Assembly: GCA_965215195.1 (NCBI GenBank)
Contig: CBDCDC010000002.1
Coordinates: forward strand, 3,296,001 to 3,360,000
Direction of reading: 5' to 3'
Length of the DNA stretch: 64,000 bases
Source of the DNA: Candidatus Latescibacterota bacterium
GTDB lineage: Bacteria; Latescibacterota; UBA2968; UBA8231
Shown here: one piece after another, positions 44,266 to 55,256 of the stretch
How positions within the stretch are numbered: position 1 is the first letter of the stretch
Layout of the letters: each line of letters begins with the position of its first letter
Program-made: the position numbers and the translations under genes
The notes under the pieces: model-generated
What the model was told of the DNA's origin: nothing
The model's input: the letters and a program-made list of their open reading frames with translations, nothing else
The model's database searches: none

Positions 44266-47081
44266 AATTTAAGTTCGACCCCAATCAAGCATACCAAGTC
44301 CAAGCTGTTGAGGCGGCGGTGGAGCTCCTGCGAGGCCAACCTCGCTTTGAGGCCGCAGTGCCATTCCAATTCGGCACTCTCTCGGCCGTGGCCAATCACC
44401 TCGATTTAACCCAAGTAGCTCTGCTCAAAAATCTCCAGCGCGTCCAAGCCCGTAACCACATCACCCCGGACCAAGCACTCCAGCGCATCGAGGCGGAAAT
44501 CGAGACCGCAAGGGGAAACCACACTGTCCGATTCCCTAATTTCTCCATTGAGATGGAGACCGGTACGGGCAAGACGTATGTATACTTACGCACCATCTTG
44601 GAACTCCATAAACGCTACGGCCTGCGCAAGTTCATTGTGGTAGTGCCTTCGGTAGCGGTGCGCGAGGGAGTACTCAAAACCCTGAGCATTACCCAAGACC
44701 ACTTTGTTCGCTACTATGGCAACCCGATCCTGCGCTATTACCAGTACGACTCCGCGAATCTGTCCCAAGTGCGCCAGTTTGCCCTGTCGGATGCCATTGA
44801 AATCATGGTTATGACCATTGGTTCTTTCAATAGGTCCGCCAATGTCATCCGTCAGAGCATGGACCGGCTCCAAGGCGAGACCCCGCTCCATCTCATTCAG
44901 ACTGCCCGCCCCATCCTCATTCTCGACGAACCCCAGAACATGGAGAGCGAAAAGAGTATCGCGGCCCTCTCTTCGCTCAATCCCTTATTCGCCTTACGCT
45001 ACAGCGCCACTCACCGCAATCCCTACAACCTCGTCAACCGGCTCACGCCGTACGAGGCCTATCGCCAAGGCTTGGTTAAGCGCATTGAGGTGGACGCTGT
45101 CGTCGCTGAAAACGACGCCAACCAAGTCTTTATTCGAGTCGAGGATATCCAGACGCGAAAACGCACACTGATGACGCGTCTGGCCGTGCATCGGCTCCTG
45201 AAAAGCGGGCAGGTCAAAGAAGTGGTGGTCACGGTCAAGCCTGGCGACTCGCTGGAACAGAAGACCAGCCGCCCCGAATACCAAGGCTTTGAGATCGACG
45301 AAATCAACTTCGGCTTGGGTTTTGTCCGCTTTGCCAACAATGTCGAGTTGCAACTGGGCGAGGAGCAGGGCACGGACAAAGAAGCCATCTTCAAAGCGCA
45401 AATTTACCATACCATTGAGGAACACTTCAGAAAACAGGCCCGCCTTAGAGCGCGGGGTATCAAGGTGCTCTCGCTTTTCTTTATTGACCGGGTCGGCAAC
45501 TATATCGAGGAGGATGGCCTCGTCCGCCGCCTCTTCAACCAGTCCTTCGCCGCGCTCAAGGGACGCTATCCAGATTGGCAAGATGTAGAGCCGGAGGATG
45601 TGCAGACGGGGTATTTTGCACAGAAGCAGCGCAAAGGTGGAGTAGTCGAGATCTTGGACTCGAGATCGGGCGAAACGCGGGAGGATGAGGCGGCCTACGA
45701 TCTGATTATGAAGGACAAGGAAGCCCTGCTCTCATTTCCAGCGGCCAGTGACGATGAGGAAACCAAACGCAAAAAGCAGGTGAGTTTTATCTTTTCGCAC
45801 TCGGCCTTGCGCGAGGGATGGGACAATCCCAATGTCTTCCAGATATGCACCTTGAATCAATCCGTCTCATCCGTCAAAAAGCGCCAAGAGGTCGGCCGCG
45901 GCGTGCGGCTGGCCGTAGATCAGACCGGCGAACGAATCCACGACGAGCAGGTCAATATTCTCACCGTGATAGCCAATGAGAGCTATCGCCGGTACGTGGA
46001 AACCCTCCAGAGCGAGATTGCCTTTGAGTATCAAGAGGAGATTGAGGCCCGCTTTGGTAAGTCCCTAACGGATTTGAGCGCAGAGGAACGGCGAAGGGTC
46101 GAAGAGGAATACGGCCAAGAGATTCTGCCGCCCCCGCCTCGGCAGGCCGGTGCCTCCAAAGCCAAGTTGCAAAGGGCACGGGTGTTGAATCCCGGATTTG
46201 AGGAACTGTGGGAGCGGATTAAGCAGAAAACCCGCTACACCCTTTCCATAAATGCCGAACAGCTTTTAGACGAGGTAGTGGCTGAGATCAATAAAGGCGA
46301 CATTTCGGCACCGCGCGTAACCATTACTAGGGCGTCTGTGCAGGTGGATGATCGGGCCAGCGCGTTTGAGGCTCTCCAGAGGAGCGCAGTCAAGACGGTG
46401 GCCTACCTAGCGGGCCGTTTTCCCTTGCCCAATCTCATCGACGTCATGGCGAATCTACTGGAGTACACGGCTCCACCCATCCGGCTCACGCGCCGCATAT
46501 TGCTCGAAATCCTCCGTCGCGTCGAGGATCGACAGGCGGCCGTGGAGAATCCGCATGAGTTTGCCACCCTAGCCATCGCTACCCTCAAGGAGAAATTGGC
46601 CGATCACTTGATGCACGGCATTCGCTACGAAAAGATCGGTCAGTGGTACGAGATGTCGCAGATCTTGGACGAGGATGAAATCGAACTCTTCAGCAAGCAC
46701 ACCCAGAGTAGCCAGAAAGCACCTTATGACTTCATTCCCTGCGATTCAGAGGTGGAACGTCAATTCGTTGAGGAGTTGGAGGGTAGGAGCGATGTGAAAC
46801 TCTATGCAAAACTGCCGGCATGGTTCACGGTGCCCACCCCCATAGGCGACTACAACCCGGACTGGGCTGTGGTTATTGCGGACGGAGACGGTAAGGACAC
46901 CCTGTACTTGGTCGCCGAAACCAAATCCACCCTCCACTTCGACGACCTCCGGCCCGATGAGCGCCGCAAAATCTACTGCGGTGCCGCCCATTTCGGCTCT
47001 ACCCAACCCCCAATCGTCCGCGACGGTGCCCTGGAGGGGATCAGCTACAAGGTCGTAACTTCTGCCAGCGAACTGCCGTGA
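44262..47081 (+). CDS. res: Type III RM restriction subunit Res
   Basis: NFSIEMETGTGKTYVY, ILDEPQ, RYSATH, SHSALREGWDNPNVFQIC, QEVGRGVRL, YNPDWA..VAETK; ATGA overlap with mod. Confidence 0.93.
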   Translation: MKFKFDPNQAYQVQAVEAAVELLRGQPRFEAAVPFQFGTLSAVANHLDLTQVALLKNLQRVQARNHITPDQALQRIEAEIETARGNHTVRFPNFSIEMETGTGKTYVYLRTILELHKRYGLRKFIVVVPSVAVREGVLKTLSITQDHFVRYYGNPILRYYQYDSANLSQVRQFALSDAIEIMVMTIGSFNRSANVIRQSMDRLQGETPLHLIQTARPILILDEPQNMESEKSIAALSSLNPLFALRYSATHRNPYNLVNRLTPYEAYRQGLVKRIEVDAVVAENDANQVFIRVEDIQTRKRTLMTRLAVHRLLKSGQVKEVVVTVKPGDSLEQKTSRPEYQGFEIDEINFGLGFVRFANNVELQLGEEQGTDKEAIFKAQIYHTIEEHFRKQARLRARGIKVLSLFFIDRVGNYIEEDGLVRRLFNQSFAALKGRYPDWQDVEPEDVQTGYFAQKQRKGGVVEILDSRSGETREDEAAYDLIMKDKEALLSFPAASDDEETKRKKQVSFIFSHSALREGWDNPNVFQICTLNQSVSSVKKRQEVGRGVRLAVDQTGERIHDEQVNILTVIANESYRRYVETLQSEIAFEYQEEIEARFGKSLTDLSAEERRRVEEEYGQEILPPPPRQAGASKAKLQRARVLNPGFEELWERIKQKTRYTLSINAEQLLDEVVAEINKGDISAPRVTITRASVQVDDRASAFEALQRSAVKTVAYLAGRFPLPNLIDVMANLLEYTAPPIRLTRRILLEILRRVEDRQAAVENPHEFATLAIATLKEKLADHLMHGIRYEKIGQWYEMSQILDEDEIELFSKHTQSSQKAPYDFIPCDSEVERQFVEELEGRSDVKLYAKLPAWFTVPTPIGDYNPDWAVVIADGDGKDTLYLVAETKSTLHFDDLRPDERRKIYCGAAHFGSTQPPIVRDGALEGISYKVVTSASELP

Positions 47082-47152
47082 TGTTGGATGAATGGGACGC
47101 AACGTATATAAACGTATATATATGAAATCTACTACTGTAAAGAGGAGGTGCC

Positions 47153-48883
47153 ATGTCCGCACAGAAAACCCAGTGGGTAAACGCCGCTCCGCTCGAATCC
47201 GTGCCGCCGGGCCAAGCCCGGGCCGTGCGATTGGGCCGCGAGCGCAGCATTGCTTTGTTCAACGAGGGAAAAAATATCTACGCCACCGACAACCAGTGCC
47301 CCCACATGGGGTATCCGCTAGTGCGCGGCGTGGTGCGGCACGGGGTGCTCACCTGCGACTGGCACGGCCGCAGTTTCGACTTGGAGGGCGGCGGTTGTTT
47401 CAACCGCGAGTGCGACGATCTGCAGACTTTTGCCGTGGAGGTGCGCGGGCCCGATATCTGGGTTGAGGTGCCCGAGCCGAGCTATCGGCGGCGCGAAGAA
47501 CACCTGAGTCTCCTGTGGGAGGGCCTGTTGAGTTGCGACCGCTGGACCCAGTCCAAGGCCATCGCCCTGCTGTTGCGCGGAGACGTGCCCCAAGACGATA
47601 TCGTGGAGTTGGTCGTGCGCCACTTGGGCCGCCACATCGCCAGTTCCCACGGGGCCGAGGGAGGCCAAGACGTGGTCCTCCTGCTGTCCGGCCTCCAAGT
47701 GGGGAGGCACTACGAGGGAGCAGATCGCCTGATCGCCTTGACCACGGCGGCCGGAGCCGCGGCCGGGGGAGCGGCCGAGCGCTTGGATGTGGTCCCCCTG
47801 CCCGATCCGGTCGATTGGGCCTCCATTGCGCGTTGGGTGCGCGCTTTTTCCCGCGACAGCCAAGCCGGGCGCATTGAACGCTGTCTGTTCACCGCTGGCC
47901 ACGCCGGGCATCAGGAGAAAATTCTCCCCCTGCTCTTCGGCTGCGCGACGGCCCCCTACTTTCTCGGCTTTGCCGACCACGTCATCTATCTGCACCACTT
48001 GGCCCGAGTACAGGAGGAATTCGGCTGGGATCGGGCCGGGGAGTTGGTTTTCAACTTAGGGGCCAAGCTGGTGGGTCGGGGTCGGGGCGAGCCTGAGCGC
48101 TTTCGCCGGGACGCCATTGCCCTCATGGGCGATATGGAGCCGATCTTGGCCCAAGCCCGAGCCGGCGACCCGGAGGTCCCCTACGACGAAGACAGCTTGG
48201 CCAAGGCCCTATTGAGCGCCGATTTGGAGACCGCTTTTGGTGCCTTGACCCAGCAGCTAGAGGCCGGAGTTAGTCTCGACCGCCTCATCGACACCTGCCT
48301 GCTGCTGGCGGCCGACCGCATGGCCCGGGTGCCGGTGAACGTGGAGGCGAGCTGGCCCTGCCTCACCCGGGAATTCAACTTGGCCGCGGCCCTGCGCACC
48401 GTGCGGTGCTACGGAGGCCCTGCGGCCGCGGCCCGGGGGCTGGTCCACGCGGCTTGGCAGTTTTTCGACGACCGCTGGCTCAACATTCCCTTCCGCCCTC
48501 TGAGCGAGCCTTTGACCACCTCGGCGACCGCAGAGGATCCAGCGTCCATTGTGGAGGCCATTCAGACGCTCAATGTCCAAGAGGTAGGGGGCCGCGTCTT
48601 GGCCTATGGACTGTCCGGCCACCCGGGAGAACCCCTGCTAGAAGCCATGGGCCGGGCCATCCTGTGGGACGACACGGCCCATCAGTTACTCCCCACGCTG
48701 GGGACCGTCTTTGCGGAGTGGGAGCATTTTGCCAACAGCGACCACCCGGCCCGGCTGCAAATTTTGGCGGGACTAGCCCGCTTTGCCACGGATGTGTGCA
48801 CCAACAAAGACAGCGGCTCGGCCGCCCGCGCCGCCCTGCGCTTTGCCCAAGGCCACACGGCCGTAGATATCTTTGACGACTAA
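47153..48883 (+). CDS. Rieske [2Fe-2S] domain + large helical C-terminal domain protein (paralog 1)
   Basis: DNQCPHMGYPL..G...LTCDWHG; AGAGGAGG RBS. Confidence 0.85.
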   Translation: MSAQKTQWVNAAPLESVPPGQARAVRLGRERSIALFNEGKNIYATDNQCPHMGYPLVRGVVRHGVLTCDWHGRSFDLEGGGCFNRECDDLQTFAVEVRGPDIWVEVPEPSYRRREEHLSLLWEGLLSCDRWTQSKAIALLLRGDVPQDDIVELVVRHLGRHIASSHGAEGGQDVVLLLSGLQVGRHYEGADRLIALTTAAGAAAGGAAERLDVVPLPDPVDWASIARWVRAFSRDSQAGRIERCLFTAGHAGHQEKILPLLFGCATAPYFLGFADHVIYLHHLARVQEEFGWDRAGELVFNLGAKLVGRGRGEPERFRRDAIALMGDMEPILAQARAGDPEVPYDEDSLAKALLSADLETAFGALTQQLEAGVSLDRLIDTCLLLAADRMARVPVNVEASWPCLTREFNLAAALRTVRCYGGPAAAARGLVHAAWQFFDDRWLNIPFRPLSEPLTTSATAEDPASIVEAIQTLNVQEVGGRVLAYGLSGHPGEPLLEAMGRAILWDDTAHQLLPTLGTVFAEWEHFANSDHPARLQILAGLARFATDVCTNKDSGSAARAALRFAQGHTAVDIFDD

Positions 48884-48893
48884 GGAGAAAAAT

Positions 48894-50621
48894 ATGTCCG
48901 AACAAGCGAGTACTTTTGTACCGGTGGCCCGCGCCGACGAGGTAGAGGAGGGGCGGCCCAAGGCCGTGCGGATCGAGGGCCGCAGCGTGGCACTCTTTCG
49001 CCACCAAGGCACCTTGTACGCCACGGACAACCAATGTCCGCACATGGGCTACCCCCTCACCCGGGGGCGGGTGCGCAATGGCGTACTCACCTGCGACTGG
49101 CACGGCTGGAGCTACGACATGCGGGGCGGTGGCTGTTTCACCGGGGGCTGCGACGATCTGGACACTTATCCGGTGGAAGAGCGCAACGGCCAAGTATTCG
49201 TCGATGTGGCCGCGGCCAACTCCAAGCGCAAAGACGCCCACTTCCTGCTCCTGAAGGAAGGCCTGCTCAGCGGCGACAACTGGACCTTGTCCAAAGCCAT
49301 CGCCATTCTGCTGGCCCGGGGGGTCTCCGAGGATGAGACGCTGAACCTGCTGATGGAGCACATGGGCCGCTTTATCGCCACCGAGCGCGGCCCCGACGGA
49401 GGCCGCGACGTGGCCCTGCTGGTCAACGGCGTAAAGGTGGCCCGCCTGTACGAGCCGGCTGACCGCCTCATCCCGCTCATGATGGCGGCCTCCGGGGCCG
49501 CGGGCCGGGCCGGGGACCGCCCCCAGATCCACCCGCTACCGCAACCAATAACTTGGGACAAACTGGCCCGCTGGATCCGCGTCTTCAGCACCGACAAGAC
49601 TTGGGAAGGCATTGAGAAGTGCTTGGTGACCGCTCGGCATTTGGGCGACTGCGACGACCGCATTGTGCCGCTGTTGTACGAGTGCGCGGTCGAGTCTTAT
49701 TTGCTGGGCATGACCGACAATCTGATCCACTTGGGCTATCTGGCCGAGTTGCTGGAGGAATTCGGCTGGGACCGGGCCCAACTCTTGGTGTGCAATCTGG
49801 CCGCCAAAATGCTGGGCCGCAATCGGCCAGCTCCTCACGAGGCCCGCCGAGAGGCCATAGACTTGTTCGCCGAGGTGGAGCCGGTGGTCGCCCAGTACGC
49901 GTCCGGTTCCGGGGATTTCGACGCGGATCGGCTGGCCGCCGGCTTGGTCAGCGGCGATTTGGAAGAGACCTTTGGGGCGGTGACGCGGGTGCTAAAAGCG
50001 GGTGCCGATATCGAGCAGGTGGTTTCCACCATGGTGCTGTTGGCGGCCGACCGCATGGCCCGCACGCCGGTGAATATGAGCCCCGGCTGGGGCGATTTGA
50101 ACCGCGAATTGATCCTGTCGGCGTCCGTGCGCACGGCTCGGCGTTGCGCCGGCGATCAGGTGGCAGCCCGCGCCTTGTACCACGCGGCTTGGCAATTCTT
50201 CGACAACCGCTGGCTCAACATCGCGCCCCGGCCCTTGAGGGCGCACCCGGCCCCGCAAGAGGCTTCTACTGGCCAAGACGAGGCCCTGGCCGCGGTGATC
50301 GAGGCGATTGAGACCATCCAGATCCGCGAGGTGGGCCGCTTGGTGCGCGAGTACTTGCAGCGCGGCTTTGACGGGGGCTACCTGCTGCGCGAATTGGGCC
50401 AGACCATCCTCAGGGACGACAATGGCTGGAATTTGCTGCACGCCTTGCGCACGGTCAGCGAGGAGTGGAGCCGTTGCGCTGGTCATCCTGCCCGGGGGCA
50501 GTTGCTGGTGGGGCTGGCCCGGTGGGCTACGGATGTGCGGCGCAATACCGGGAGTCAGTCGGCCGTGCAGACGGCGCAGCGCTTTGCCCGGGGCGAGACC
50601 GCAGTGGAGCTGTACGAGTAG
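48894..50621 (+). CDS. Rieske [2Fe-2S] domain + large helical C-terminal domain protein (paralog 2)
   Basis: Same CPH...CDWH motif; shares LLAADRMAR.PVN and HAAWQFFD.RWLNI with paralog 1; AAGGAGA RBS before ATG 48894. Confidence 0.85.
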   Translation: MSEQASTFVPVARADEVEEGRPKAVRIEGRSVALFRHQGTLYATDNQCPHMGYPLTRGRVRNGVLTCDWHGWSYDMRGGGCFTGGCDDLDTYPVEERNGQVFVDVAAANSKRKDAHFLLLKEGLLSGDNWTLSKAIAILLARGVSEDETLNLLMEHMGRFIATERGPDGGRDVALLVNGVKVARLYEPADRLIPLMMAASGAAGRAGDRPQIHPLPQPITWDKLARWIRVFSTDKTWEGIEKCLVTARHLGDCDDRIVPLLYECAVESYLLGMTDNLIHLGYLAELLEEFGWDRAQLLVCNLAAKMLGRNRPAPHEARREAIDLFAEVEPVVAQYASGSGDFDADRLAAGLVSGDLEETFGAVTRVLKAGADIEQVVSTMVLLAADRMARTPVNMSPGWGDLNRELILSASVRTARRCAGDQVAARALYHAAWQFFDNRWLNIAPRPLRAHPAPQEASTGQDEALAAVIEAIETIQIREVGRLVREYLQRGFDGGYLLRELGQTILRDDNGWNLLHALRTVSEEWSRCAGHPARGQLLVGLARWATDVRRNTGSQSAVQTAQRFARGETAVELYE

Positions 50622-50678
50622 GGAGCGGTGGGGAACGAGGAACAGACTTGGTCCAAAACCCTCGGCGGACCGCGTTTT

Positions 50679-50699
50679 TCGAGGGCGAGACGCCCTCGA
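50679..50699. repeat. REP-like hairpin between convergent genes
   Basis: TCGAGGGCG-AGA-CGCCCTCGA. Confidence 0.55.
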
Positions 50700-50776
50700 T
50701 CCTAGATTTTCTGCACACAAGGGACGATACCCGGAATTTTCAGACAGATTGTGCGGCCGGTGACGGAGCGCAAAAC

Positions 50777-53472
50777 TCAATACGCCACCCCCACTAGGCG
50801 GGCAGCCGAGTTGTCAGCCCTCGCGTCGTCATCTACCTCAATACGGGCGAGGTAAAGGCCCGGGGATACTAAAATTCCCCCTGCATCTCGTCCGTCCCAG
50901 ACGAGGCGATACAGCCCGTTTGCCATGTTGCGCCTCTCAGAAAGACGCCTCACTTTCCTGCCTGCCAAGTCGTAGAATTCCACCGCTACTTGCCGGGCTA
51001 CATTGACTTTGAGCACGGCAAACGAAAAGACAGCCGCGTCGTTGATGCCGTCGCCATTTGGGGTAAAAGTGGTGGGATCCACCTCGATCATCCCGATCTG
51101 CCCGCGGCGGTCGGTCGTCAACACTGTCAACCCCTCACCTGCAGCCAATTCGTCGCCTACCGGGTTCGCTGGATCCACCCGTTGCCAGTTGTCCGCTTGC
51201 GTCGAACGCCCAACCTCGGCCGCAAAAGTGGCACCGCTCAGGAAAACGCGCGACGAAAAAGAGAGCCGCACAATATCCGCACTGCCTCGCCGCAGTATCC
51301 TTGGCAAGCCAAGTTGCAGCGTGTCGCTTGTCGCCCTAACCAACTCCAGCCTCTCCCCCACCCCATTCTCAAAACGTCCTTTTGCCACCTCGGCAAATAC
51401 TTCCTCGTTTCCGGCTGCAAATTCGCTTTCGTCTCCCAAGCTCACTTGGCGCAGTTCGATAGTCGCTTGCGAAGGAGCGATGAGACGGATGCGGTCAAAT
51501 CCCGGGTCTCGAGCGGCAAAGGAGGGGCGGATGAAGAGGTCGAAATCGATGAGTTCGCCGAGGGAGACATTCCGCTTGGGCTCTATTTCTCCGCCGATGC
51601 GCTCTACCAGCGGGGCCGTGAAGTGGACTTGGATCGACTGCAAGCTGGCGGCCGCGGCCGCGTCTTCACTGAGCAGTCTCGTCTGGAGCATCATATAGCG
51701 CCGGGGATTGGGGGAACGTATGACTTCGCCCGGTTTGACGTAGGCTTGACTCCAGTTGCTCCAGCCCGCTCCCGGCAGAAACTCGGTAAGGATCTCCCCT
51801 CTGTAGAAGGACGGCTGAGCTTCGTATTCTTCTTTGTTGGCTACTTCTGTGCCGTCTTTCTTGAAATAGCGGTTTACCTCGCGCAGATCGTTTCCCGTGC
51901 GGGTGCGGATTTCCACCGCTGTGCCCGGGGGGGTGTTAGCTTCCCATTCGATGGTAGAAAGCGTCTTGGAACTCTCCAGATCGATGAGGTCGGAAGTCAT
52001 CTCGAGGATCGGCAAGTGCCCGTTGGCGAAGACTTGGATTTCGGTCACCGTGCTCAGTATCCGGTGCCCTTCATGGGCCCTAGTGCGGCGGGCAATATCT
52101 AGGTTGCGGAATTCTAGAAAGCGCATCGGGCGCGGTGCAAAGCGATCCTCGAACAGGCGCGTATTCTGGTTTAGCTGCCGCGTCTCACCACTCAATTCCT
52201 CCCAGATTAAACTGCCATCGGATGCTAGCGAGCCGTCCGAACCGCGCAATAGATAACCAATCAGGTTTCTTCCTCCGACGCGGGTAATGATGCGCACGGC
52301 GTGGACTAGGAAGTGGGTGCCCAGATCCACGTTCAACAGACCCCATTCGGCGGTCTCCCCAGTGGGAAAATAGACCATGCCCTGCCACTCGGTACGCACG
52401 TTGCCGTCAACGGCAAGTTCGGGCGAAGAATTGGGATTGACGTCGTGCAGACTGCCGCCGCGCTCTACGATCCCCAAGGCAATGTTCTCGCCCACACTCA
52501 CACCTCCACCTCGGCGAGTTGAGGCCGTTCGCGGCGGTAATAGCGCACCCCGCCCTGCTGCTCAAATGGCAACTGGTCGTAGCGCTCGGCCGTTACTAGA
52601 CGCTCTTCGCTGGCGATTTTCCAGACGTATTCCACAGCACCTTGGTCCTCTGCTGCCAGCGCCTGATACTCCTCGGCCGAGAGCTGTTGCGCCCGCTCGC
52701 CGTTGGTGGCCGTGACCGCGATGCGCAGGTACTGCATAATGCGGCCGGCCCACTCCTCTGCATAGGTGCCCAGCGGTGCGAGATCGAACTCAAAGACCCG
52801 CTGGGCGCGATTGGGCTGGGTAGTGCTGCCGACCAAGGCGTAGTCCAAGGCGCCGCTGCGGTCGGCCGTGCCAAAGGGATTTTGCCCCCCTGCCGAATGC
52901 ACCCTGAATTGCAGGAACGGATCCCCTTCTTCGGCAAAGCGCACGACGACCTTGGTGGCCGACACCAGACGGCCCAGATCGATCTCCAACACCCAGTCCT
53001 GTAGGGGGTCCGCCGGATCCGGCTCCCAAGCTGTCGCCGGATCTGCGTCAATGGCCCACTCTGCGAGTTGCGGATTTGAACCGGCCCTTTTGATACCGCC
53101 GTGCGCCAGCAGCGCGTTGTTTTCGTCTTGGAACGAATTGGCGTACTGATCCCGCAAGCTGCCATCAATGGGATAGCTAAAGTCGGCCGCATTCAATATG
53201 GCGTTGTGCGGTACTTGTACAAATCTGGACTGCACTGAGCCAGATGGCGTTATCGCCACCATGTCCCGCGGAAAATCCCAAGCCTGCCAGTGCGCCTCGG
53301 TTCGCACCTCCACCTGACCCGCGCCCATACTGTAACCCCTCGACTGGGCCCATACCCCGTTTAGAGCCATAGGGAGAAGGGCTACACAATAGAGAGCCGC
53401 GGACAAAAGACCCAATCGCCGCACGGCGGTCGCCAAAATCATCGAGTACTGTGCAAGCAAGCAGCGTTTCAT
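50777..53472 (-). pseudogene. Discoidin + FlgD-Ig CTD protein split by a 1-bp frameshift near 52499 (or sequencing error)
   Basis: ORF 52498-53472 ends RERPQLAEVEV* and ORF 50777-52501 continues SVGENIALG; the paralog at 2-2758 reads RERPRLAEVEVWGWGDNL. One missing G turns TGG AGT into TGA GT. Confidence 0.85.
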
Positions 53473-53502
53473 AACCTGTTGTCCCGGATAAGACGCATCT
53501 GT

Positions 53503-55248
53503 TTATCGCGAATCATCGCCCTTGGTTGGGGCTTCCCATGTATGGCGTTGCAGGAACGCATCGGGCAGGGCCGCCTCCAACGCGCTGTCAGATACGGCGA
53601 GCCGCTCTTTGTACTTGTCCAGCAGATCGTCGATCAGTTCCTCAAAAAGCTGCTCTCGCTTCTGTCCGCGCACCAAAGCCCGCGCCTTTTTCTCGACTTG
53701 AAAAAAGGGCGCTAACTCTCCCCCCTCGCGGTTGAGAACCTTAAAAATGCTGTATCCGCCTTTGACGCGCTCCGGGCCGGTTATTTCGTCGAGAGCGGCC
53801 GCCTTTACTGCTTTGAAGAGCCGCGGCTGGGTCAAACGCTCGTACTCGCCCAGAGGCATCAAGCCATCCTCTTCCTTCATACCCGGGCGAATAGTGTGCT
53901 TTTGCGCGAGCATTCCGAGGGTCGCACCTCGTTCAATGGTGCGCAGCAAACCAGCGGCTTCCACCTCGGTCTCGACCAGTACTTCAACGACGATGTATTG
54001 GGCCGGCTCCCTGAACAACCCCTCATTGTTCTCGTAAAAATCCCTCGCTTCCTCCCGGCTCGCCGCGGATTGGTCGATGATCTCTTCCTCGCGTAGCTGT
54101 TTGATCATGAATTCCGCGTGCATTTCCTCCAATCGCTGTTGTCCACCCGCCATCTCCGCCAATCCGGCCCGCTGCGCCGCCTCTGCCAACAAGGCCGGTA
54201 TCAGTACCAGTTCCCTCGCTGTATTGACTACTTCAGCACTGTCCCGCACACCCCAGCCGGACATGGCCCGCATATCCTTCCACAGGGCATTGAGGTAATC
54301 GCCCAGCGTGATCTGCCCCCCCTCATAGGTAAAGAGGGGCTGGTCCGCCTCCTCGGCGGCCAGATGGGCGCGTCGCACCCGGGGGTGGAGGGCCGCTTTA
54401 TTCAACAGGAGCTCCACGCCCTCTGGCACTAGCTGCACGTCCAGCTTGCGGGTGAGGGCCGCGATTTCCGCCCTCTCCTGCTCTAGTCGCTTGCGTTCGT
54501 AAAGTATATCGCGGATCTGCTGTCGTCTCTCCTCGAGCGCAACGGGCTGGTCTTGGAGAAAACGCACGATCTGGTAGCGCGTACCCATGGGCATGATCGG
54601 GGATAGCTGTCCACTCGGCAGACTGCGGAACACCTCGTCTGGAATCTGCAACCTGCGAGCCTGCTCCAGATCGATAAATCCCAGTACGCCCCCCTGAGAA
54701 GCCGACCGTTCGTCTATGGTGTATTCGGCGGCCAGCCGGGCAAAATCCCCGCCCGCTTCGAGTTGCTCATAGATTTGCTTTGCAGTGCTGTCTTCTTCCA
54801 CCAGAATGCCCGCCATCTGGCGCTTGCGGTCCAAGCCGCTGTGGGCGAAATAGGCGCGTACCTCCTCCTCGGAAACCTGTACGTTGGGTGCCAGTGCGAG
54901 CCGGCGATAGGTGTTGACCAAGTGCTGGCGCCAGTAGGGCATCACCTTAGTCTGTACCACCTCGGCGGTATCCAATCCCCGCTCTTTGGCCTCCAATACG
55001 AGCAGGTGCTTGGCCAGCAGACTGCGCAGGTAGTGCTTCCGCACCGGGTCGCCCTGCCCTTTGAGGCGCAAGGGCTGGGGCATCTGGACGACGAAATCGC
55101 GCATCTCGGCAGCCGAGATGGACGTGGAATCAATGCGCGCCACCACCCCGGGTTCGAGTACGACCTCCGCACCCGGAGAACACGCCGCGAGGCTCCATAC
55201 GAGTGCCAGTTCGCATCCTTGCCAAGTCCATGGTTTTCTGTGTCCCAT
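53503..55248 (-). CDS. SurA/PrsA-like peptidyl-prolyl isomerase lipoprotein with two parvulin domains
   Basis: LAAC lipobox; ILV...A..I...L..G.DFA.LA.EY......GG.LGFI, and a second parvulin-like repeat. Confidence 0.8.
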   Translation of the reverse strand: MGHRKPWTWQGCELALVWSLAACSPGAEVVLEPGVVARIDSTSISAAEMRDFVVQMPQPLRLKGQGDPVRKHYLRSLLAKHLLVLEAKERGLDTAEVVQTKVMPYWRQHLVNTYRRLALAPNVQVSEEEVRAYFAHSGLDRKRQMAGILVEEDSTAKQIYEQLEAGGDFARLAAEYTIDERSASQGGVLGFIDLEQARRLQIPDEVFRSLPSGQLSPIMPMGTRYQIVRFLQDQPVALEERRQQIRDILYERKRLEQERAEIAALTRKLDVQLVPEGVELLLNKAALHPRVRRAHLAAEEADQPLFTYEGGQITLGDYLNALWKDMRAMSGWGVRDSAEVVNTARELVLIPALLAEAAQRAGLAEMAGGQQRLEEMHAEFMIKQLREEEIIDQSAASREEARDFYENNEGLFREPAQYIVVEVLVETEVEAAGLLRTIERGATLGMLAQKHTIRPGMKEEDGLMPLGEYERLTQPRLFKAVKAAALDEITGPERVKGGYSIFKVLNREGGELAPFFQVEKKARALVRGQKREQLFEELIDDLLDKYKERLAVSDSALEAALPDAFLQRHTWEAPTKGDDSR

Positions 55249-55256
55249 GTCTTCTA

